This document shows positions 49,032 through 64,000 of a stretch of 64,000 bases of DNA, in pieces (within the stretch, counting starts at the first letter, position 1; every line of letters starts with the position of its first letter). The DNA is from Amoebidium appalachense (taxonomy: Eukaryota > Protista > Ichthyosporea). Where the stretch lies: contig CAVNZM010000014.1 in the NCBI GenBank assembly GCA_963693365.1, positions 4,464,001 through 4,528,000 of the forward strand. The letters are read 5' to 3'. The notes below the pieces were generated by a model. It worked only from the letters and a program-made list of their open reading frames with translations. It did not search any database and was not told the origin of the DNA. Position numbers and translations under genes: made by a program.

Positions 49032-50382
49032 GGTGCTCGTTTTTTTTTGTTGTTGTTGTTGTTGTTATTTGGTTTTTGTTTTTGTTTTTGTTTTTGTTTT
49101 TGTTTTTGTTTTCCCCAAGGGTTCTTGGCTTTGTTTGATATGTTTGATCTTTTAACTTTTTTTTGGGAACAAAACTGCACGAAAGGTTAGAGCTTAACGA
49201 TATTTCTGAATGTGGCTGATGTTGGCCGATTGCTTGTAACAGTTTATACTTTTCAGTTTGTTATCTCGTTTTTTTCCCCATGTCCTTCGGAAAAACATTT
49301 TGGCCAATGCTGTTAGGTACACTTGGGGTGTCTTGTGAATTTGTATGCACGTAGGCTAAGTGCCACAGTATTTCACATGTTTAGGAAACCATCAGCCACC
49401 TCAAACCGTATGAAAACAACACACGAAAGTAGTTGGATTTGCGTAGTATGTGTTCTATTGAGCTACACCATTACAGTCATATAGGTAGCACACACCTGGC
49501 CCAGGCATGGTTTCAAAACCGCCCAGTTTGTTGTGAAATGTAAAATCTTTACGAAGGGTAACTGGCCAAATCGTATCGAGTCCCTGCATGGGCTGTGTGT
49601 GTAGCCGCAGTGCAAGTATGCAAAGTATAAACATGTATTGGCCTCGTGTGGGGCGGTGGCTTATATGTGTGGTGGCACTGTGTGGGGTAAAGTTTCTTTT
49701 AATTCTTGTTTCCCTTGCTGCTGGGTTAACGGATTCCTTGGTGCTGTGCGGGGTGTACGGGCCGTGGCTTTGTAAGCGTATTGGTTCCAACCCCCCTCAT
49801 GTGGCTGTGGGAGAAACAAATAAAACGCACCAGTTGATATAGCAATGCGATATTGACATGTGACTGCCAGCCAATGAATGGCAAAAGTTAACTCTTTCAA
49901 CAAAATGAATTAGGCAAAAAAGACTAACTTAGATCCCTGACACGGCCACATTTGATCCCATATACGTCTCTTATGCACAATGCAACATTATTTGGCCCTA
50001 TGAAGTCCTTCCATATATATAACGTTTAGACCTGGGGGAAGGGCAGGGGGGTGGGTGGGTGGTGGGGGGTAGGGGTGGGAGGGGCGGAGAGGGGGGGGGG
50101 GGGGGGGGGGGGAGGGGGGGGTTGAAAATTATCAAGAGAAGCCCCCCCCCCCCCCCCCCCCCTTCCCCCCCACACACACACGCAAAGGATGGGCTATATT
50201 ATGATGCTTATTCTATGTGTGAGCTCTGAGTCACTCTGCGACTGCTGCATAATGCATTGTAGGCCGATCGCGAATGTGTGCTTGGCACTCCGTTATGTAT
50301 TCCCTCTCCCCTGCCTCCCCCCCCTTGAGCCATTCACACGTTAACCGCATGACCTGTGACCGAGATCTGTCACAGTGCTGTT

Positions 50383-50432
<50 letters not shown>

Positions 50433-50535
50433 CGTGAATTTAAATTGAACATTATCTCCGTGACACGTGTGGAGTGTGGCCATGGGTGTGATGGCCCCGG
50501 GGACAGGGGGTGGGGAGGGGGGAGGAGGAGGAGGA

Positions 50536-50570
<35 letters not shown>

Positions 50571-51167
50571 AATGTTTTATGCTGCGGTTTTGAGTGGTGC
50601 AATGCCCACTCTGTTTATTCTCCTCCCTCCATAGGAGTTGTGACTCGTGTTGTCTGGCGGGCCCCCGAGGTTTGAGGACATCACATGACGTACTCCAAAT
50701 AACGAGTATCATAGGTTTACACATGCACACACACACACACATAAGGCATCCATTAGTTAAAAACGCAAGCGAAAAAAGGTGGCATTCTCAGCTTCACCTA
50801 GGAAGAAACCTGGCACATGCACGTACAAAAATGCCACACCCACATTTCAACTGAACGTGGGCTAGCACCATTTTTTTCCCTTGACCAAAGGAAAAGACCA
50901 GCTATTAGTGAGGCCCTTGATCGGAGTGAAATCGTTGTCACAATGTTATGGGACAGAAAAACCAGACTTTTTTCAACTCAGATACACCAACTTGGGGGCA
51001 ACATGAGCAAAAGTTCAACTGATGCAATAACCACAAGGTAAACAAGTGTAATACTTCAACACGGCCCGTGCATGATTTCAAAATGAGCGGAACTAAACTA
51101 ACTGTAAACCAATGTGGCTTTAACTTCTATGTTGACATTTCTCAATGTCATGCATGAAATTCTCCTT

Positions 51168-51294
51168 TATGGCCATTCACCCAAGAAGTAGAAATCCTAT
51201 ACATGGTAAAAGCCAATCAGCATCGACGGGCCGTAAGCCACTTGTGACGTCATTTCTTAACGTCAGAATGACGTCTTGCCGAGAAAGGCCGATA
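51168..51294. mobile_element. Possible ~125-bp degenerate inverted-repeat mini-element downstream of PIN4
   Basis: Weakly inverted ends (TATGGCCATTCAC / GAGAAAGGCCGATA). It contains CCAATCA (51213) and TGACGTCA (51245), like the 28168 MITE. Confidence 0.3.
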
Positions 51295-51384
51295 TAGACC
51301 TTGAGATAAATGTGATGAAAAACCTGAAGGAAACTTGAACATACGAGCAGAAAGAAGAAGAAGCGAATAGAAGATGCCTTCACG

Positions 51385-55716
<4,332 letters not shown>

Positions 55717-55955
55717 GGCAACGTGGTATGTTGCAATGATCTGCTCATGGTGACTGTGAGAAACAGAGAAAACAGGAGCAGTGAAGAACTAGTTGAACAC
55801 CGTTCAGAACCCACTCCCCAGCCTCCAACCCCCCCTCCCCCGTCCCCACAACACTCCCCCCCCCCAAACTCCCTCCCTGCCCTCCCCCCTCCGCCCCTCC
55901 CCCCGAAACGCACCCACCCCATCGAACCCCCTCCCCCCCCCCACCGCTCCCCCCG

Positions 55956-56005
<50 letters not shown>

Positions 56006-56289
56006 CCCCCTCCCTCTCCCTCCCTTCCTCCCTACCTCCAAATAAAGGGGAATAAAAGTACTTGAGTATATGGTGGGATGTCGGGTGGGACCTAGAGAGG
56101 CTCGCTGAGATCTATAAAACCCCCCCCCCCCCCCCCCACCACCACCACCCCCAACCCTTCTTAGGGAGGGGAGAAGGGGGGGGGGGGGGGGGGGGGGGGA
56201 GGGGGAGGGGAGGGGGAGGGTTAAGTAAAAGTATGGAGAGGTCATGATATTTGTTAGATCCAGCGAGATCCAGCGAACCCTCCATCCCC

Positions 56290-56387
<98 letters not shown>

Positions 56388-57094
56388 ATATACGCGCACA
56401 CACACACATACACAAATACACACACATATACACACACCAACAACCCGACCACAACAACAACACCTACTTCAACTAAAGTTGTTTGCACTAATCAACGTCA
56501 GTAAAACATCAAAAATGAAACCGCAAAACAGATCACTTTCGAAGTTCGGAGCTCCTTCCGTGACTTGGTACACACAGCCGTGGTGATATGCCTCACCGTA
56601 AATTTCAATGGTTATCCCACAGATCAGTCCTCTTAGATCTGCCAGAAAATCCAAAATCATGTAGATATACAATAGATAACCAAAATGTTTTATCTCGGAT
56701 AGGTGTGCAGTAGATCACGGTGTTTTATTTGGCCAATGGATTTCGGGCTGTCAGACTGAGATCTTCGCCCCCAAGATTTTCTCATGTTTTATGACATGTA
56801 GTATCATCATGCATGCAAAAGTAAGGAAGCATTATACATTGCATGTGCATTCATGTTCGGGTTTATAAAGCCATTAGTTGCAGTGTGTGTATGTCCTAGC
56901 TCTGTTGTTTACGGAAAGGAGAGCGAAGCTAGCTTATACTGCTGTTAGATTCGGTTCCCCGTTACCACATTCCGCTACACACCGTATGGCATGTGTTCTA
57001 TGAAACGCACCAGTAGTAATCCATTACACATCTAGCTTCTCAACACAGAGACACTTGACAGCTTTTACAGAGTTTTCTCCAACTATACGCGAAA

Positions 57095-60415
<3,321 letters not shown>

Positions 60416-62435
60416 AGATGGGGTGTGTGGGTGGGTGGGAGGGTGTGAGGAGGGGGTTTTGTTTGTGTGGGGGGGAGGGGGGGGGGGGAGGGGGGGGAGG
60501 CATGTATGTCCATGTGTGTGTGTTTGCTTTATGCATGTGTTTGTATCCATGCATATGCATGTGTGTGTATGTGTGACGCGGGTTTATATGGATGTGAATG
60601 TGCATGTGTATCCCTGTGTGCGTGTTAATGAGCTGTATACGTGCGTGTGGGTTCATGTGTACGTGTTGCACATTGGGACGATTCATTGAGCTGCGGGTTT
60701 TGGCTTTTAAATATTGTACTAAATCGAGATTGCCTCCTTGATTAACTGACCTACCTATATAGACGCCATAGTGATATAATGGAATACCGGCAATCTAATA
60801 TACCATTGAGACTTTATGGGTGGGTTTCTCCCATTTTGCACTGGCACTATATGTTGCTACTGTACACAGATGGTGGGTGTACTCGGTGGCTTTTCCTAAC
60901 ACAATATATCCGCTTCATGTCCGTGTTTTTTGAAGTAGGTGAGGTTTGTTGAGATATGTAAATATGAGCTCTCTGACCGCGATATATATATATACGTCCG
61001 TTCTGACATGTAACTGAGCAGAAAGGAAACAGACAGCTAGAGAAAATAAAACATTTGCACTGTGTGCAAACGCATGCGACAGTAACTGTTCGAATCTGAG
61101 GAGAAACGACGTGCTCGCTCGGTGCATTATATATTACAGGCCAAGACGTGTACGTCGCATGTACACTGCACACCGCATGGTCATTTACTGTCGACGTCGG
61201 GAGTGTGATATCCCGTTGAAAACTACTGGCCGGCTGGGGGGAAAGGGGGGTATCATTACAAATATTATATTAGTTCAGTTATTTTACCTCCTCGAGATCT
61301 GGCGCGCTTTCTGAAAAATTGTCTCAGAAATTTCGAGCACTTCCCGACAGTTGCAGTCGTAACTGTGCTAGGTTGCACACCCTGGTTTTGCTCTGCCGCG
61401 AGTGGGATCCTCTATGTACTGTAACACCGGGGTTATAATTATAATATCACTCGTCTGGAAAAAGCTCACGTGCACCCACTTATAGCAGCCAGTGTCGTAT
61501 ATACGTGCTTGGCACTTGCACACACCAAACACGGCGACACAACAGTCACACTGCATCCGGATCCATTTACAGCGTCACACGTACGCTCAGTGTAACATGT
61601 ACACACGCACAAAGCACTATGATCCGCACACAACACCGTGATACACACTACAGAAGTCGTGCTCATCCGCCGTAGACACACACACACGCTATTCACACGT
61701 TCGGCACAAACACACGCCGCACGTGCACACCTGCATTGTTCAAACTTGTTCGAATCCCACACACACACAAAACACATGCATACACACACACAGTCACACC
61801 CACACCCACACACATCAGTGTGTTGCTGTGTGTGTGTGGTTGACATTAGGAGAGTGTGCATGAAAGCTCTGTATGCAAGTTTGCGCATGTTCACAAGCGT
61901 GGAGACGTATCCGTTAGTAAACTGCGTGGTATTCTAACGAGGGGGGAAACCCGGCCAGGGACAGGAAAGAACTTGAAAACAACACAAATTTATTTCGCCC
62001 CACGGCAAGAAATATAATGCTGACTATAACATAGCCACATAACTTTGATAAAACAGATTTTATTTGATTATCTCGGCTCTAGTATTCTCGACGCATTTTA
62101 ACCGCTACTAAGATAGCCCAGTGCTCATCTTGCAGTCTGGGGCCTAAAGCCCATCAGAAACTGGCGCCAACCCCTCATGCCTATTTGCCCAATGTCATAA
62201 TGGTTATTGTAACATCTCTCTCTCACTCCCCCCCCCCCCCGAGGCAGAGTGTCAGAATAAAGCGGAAAAAGAATCCAATAAAAACAAATAAAAATAAAAC
62301 ATGTAGTGTCTCCGCACTCGTAAGCCTCAGCCACCTCGAGTCTCCCTTGGCCCGCATGTCCACCACCCACCCATCCACCCATGCACCTATACCCCCTCCC
62401 CCCACCCCCCCACCTTTACCTCCCCTCCCTCCCTG

Positions 62436-62911
62436 CTACAGCTGTGGCGGTGCACCCGCCCTCAATAACTCAATGTACATGCGCCTCTCCTCCATCTCCG
62501 TCTGCAGCCTTGCCTCCTTCTCCTCCCTGTCCCTCCTCCTCTCCTCCAACTCTTCCTGAAACTTCCACCTTTCAAACTGCATCTTCTCCCTCTCAAACTC
62601 CAACCTCGCCCTTTCCAACGCCACGCTCTCCTTCCTCAGTTCCAGTTCTTTGTCTCTGCGTGCCCTCTTCTCTCTGAAGTAGCTCTGGGAGTCCACGGTG
62701 CCCATACCCCCACCATAGTCGCTATCCATGGCTGACTGGTCCAGGCCTCGCTTGGAGAGTGATTTCTGCTGCTTGATTTCCTGCATGTGCCCGGTTGGAA
62801 AAGACACGGGTGAATGGGGGTCATTTTCGGGGTGAATTTTCCTACCTCGTGCATGTCACTGTGCCTGCATGATCGGGGGACAGACTCACGAAGGTGACTC
62901 TGTATACTTAC

Positions 62912-62955
<44 letters not shown>

Positions 62956-63202
62956 TCCAAAGGAGTGATTGTTAAAAATTCTCGGGAAAACGAGAACATC
63001 CACCCACACACACAGACACCAAAACATTCACACAAACACACACACTCAGGACAAGCGCCTCACGTACACTACATCGACCTACACACAAACACACATTGCA
63101 CAACACCTCCACCCGTTCTGCCGGAAGAAAACGGCCTTTAAAGAGAAAACCACGGTCGAGGAGAAAAGAGAGAGTAAAGACTCTGGGGAGTGAGAGTGCC
63201 AG

Positions 63203-63263
<61 letters not shown>

Positions 63264-63383
63264 GGGCCAGGAGGAATTTTCGTGTGTTTGTGTGGGGAAA
63301 GAACCATTGATTGTTTGTGTGTGTCTATGTATGTGGGGAAAGAAGTAAGAAAGTTGAGCAGGGGTGACAAGAAAGTGAGGGAT

Positions 63384-63417
<34 letters not shown>

Positions 63418-63845
63418 TGGTGAAAGGGAAAGAGAGAACGAAAGAGGAAGAGCAATACAGGGAAAGCACACACATTAGAGAGAGAGAGAGGGAGACGAAG
63501 AGAAGGAGAGAGGAGTATTTGCAGTCATTCGCCTTGAGATGGCATCTCAAAGAATTTACCCCTCCCCCCCTCCCTTTCCCCTTGATATAACGAAACAAAA
63601 AACAAAAACACAACAAAACCAAACCAAAGAACAGAACAGAAAAAAAAAGAAGAAGAAAGGGGAAAAAGCGATTCAACAAGAGGACGTACATCGACCATCT
63701 CCGACAGCTCCAGCAGCAGCTGCTGTTTCTCCGCATGTTCCTCGGCCGTGCCGCTCTTCTTCGATATGTCTCCGTCGTGTTTGCTGAACTGGTACAGCAG
63801 CATGTCTGCATGCTCTTGGCATCGCCGTGCTGTCACCTCAAGCCC
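62436..63845 (-). CDS. 3' exons of a Myb/SANT-like DNA-binding protein with a C-terminal charged coiled coil (5' end lies beyond the window)
   Basis: Exon 63690-63845 (VTARRCQEHADMLLYQFSKHDGDISKKSGTAEEHAEKQQLLLELSEMVD) joins in phase 0 to exon 62436-62780 (E/R/K-rich ELELRKE..LERARLEFEREK..EERRMYIELLR). The C..H...LL..F......KSGT.EE..E..QLL pattern is typical of Myb/SANT-like proteins. Confidence 0.65.
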
Positions 63846-64000
63846 CTGTCCCACAACGGAATCAGGTATCGAATAGGAATGGTTCTGCATTGGTTTATCG
63901 ATGCCGTATAACACACACCCCCAACCCCACTCCCGCCCACCCCTATCCCTCCCCCGCAACCCTTTTACTTTCAAAACAGCCCCCTTTCCCCTCCTACCCC

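Noticed and set aside
49496-49583. Minus-strand exon-like segment (CAG|GGACTC...CCAG|GTGTGT)
   Set aside because: It is isolated, with no partner exons or recognisable peptide. It may be non-coding or a chance match.
61085-61760. tRNA T-loop-like GTTCGAATC motifs (about 61088 and 61748) and a hairpin plus CTAG resembling a Helitron end (about 61347-61371)
   Set aside because: No cloverleaf forms around the T-loop motifs. The hairpin-CTAG spacing and flanking base do not fit a Helitron 3' end.

Overview
Intron-rich eukaryotic genomic DNA. It is probably from a unicellular holozoan/opisthokont protist; this is inferred from animal-like MED12, PIN4 and UBE2W alongside a protist-type ABP34-like protein and a short ribophorin I. 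Nearly all ORFs in the supplied track are artefacts of intronic poly-C/poly-G and (CA)n/(GT)n tracts. By splicing exons by hand (GT/GC-AG, phase-checked) I reconstructed seven genes: a stand-alone tandem CBM21-like protein (-), UBE2W (-), ribophorin I/OST1 (-), MED12 (+, about 31 exons), parvulin PIN4 (-), an ABP34-family actin-bundling protein (+), and the 3' part of a Myb/SANT-like coiled-coil protein (-). Two TIR-bounded MITEs lie in MED12 introns, one Kolobok-like with a TTAA target-site duplication. The most interesting signals are: (1) polarised, self-complementary simple-repeat architecture in introns that often lack a polypyrimidine tract; (2) repeated tandem duplications anchored on splice sites; (3) a bacterial-looking CBM21 pair that carries nine introns; (4) homopolymer frameshifts inside MED12 exons, most likely assembly errors. 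No searches were run, so family calls rest on recalled motifs.
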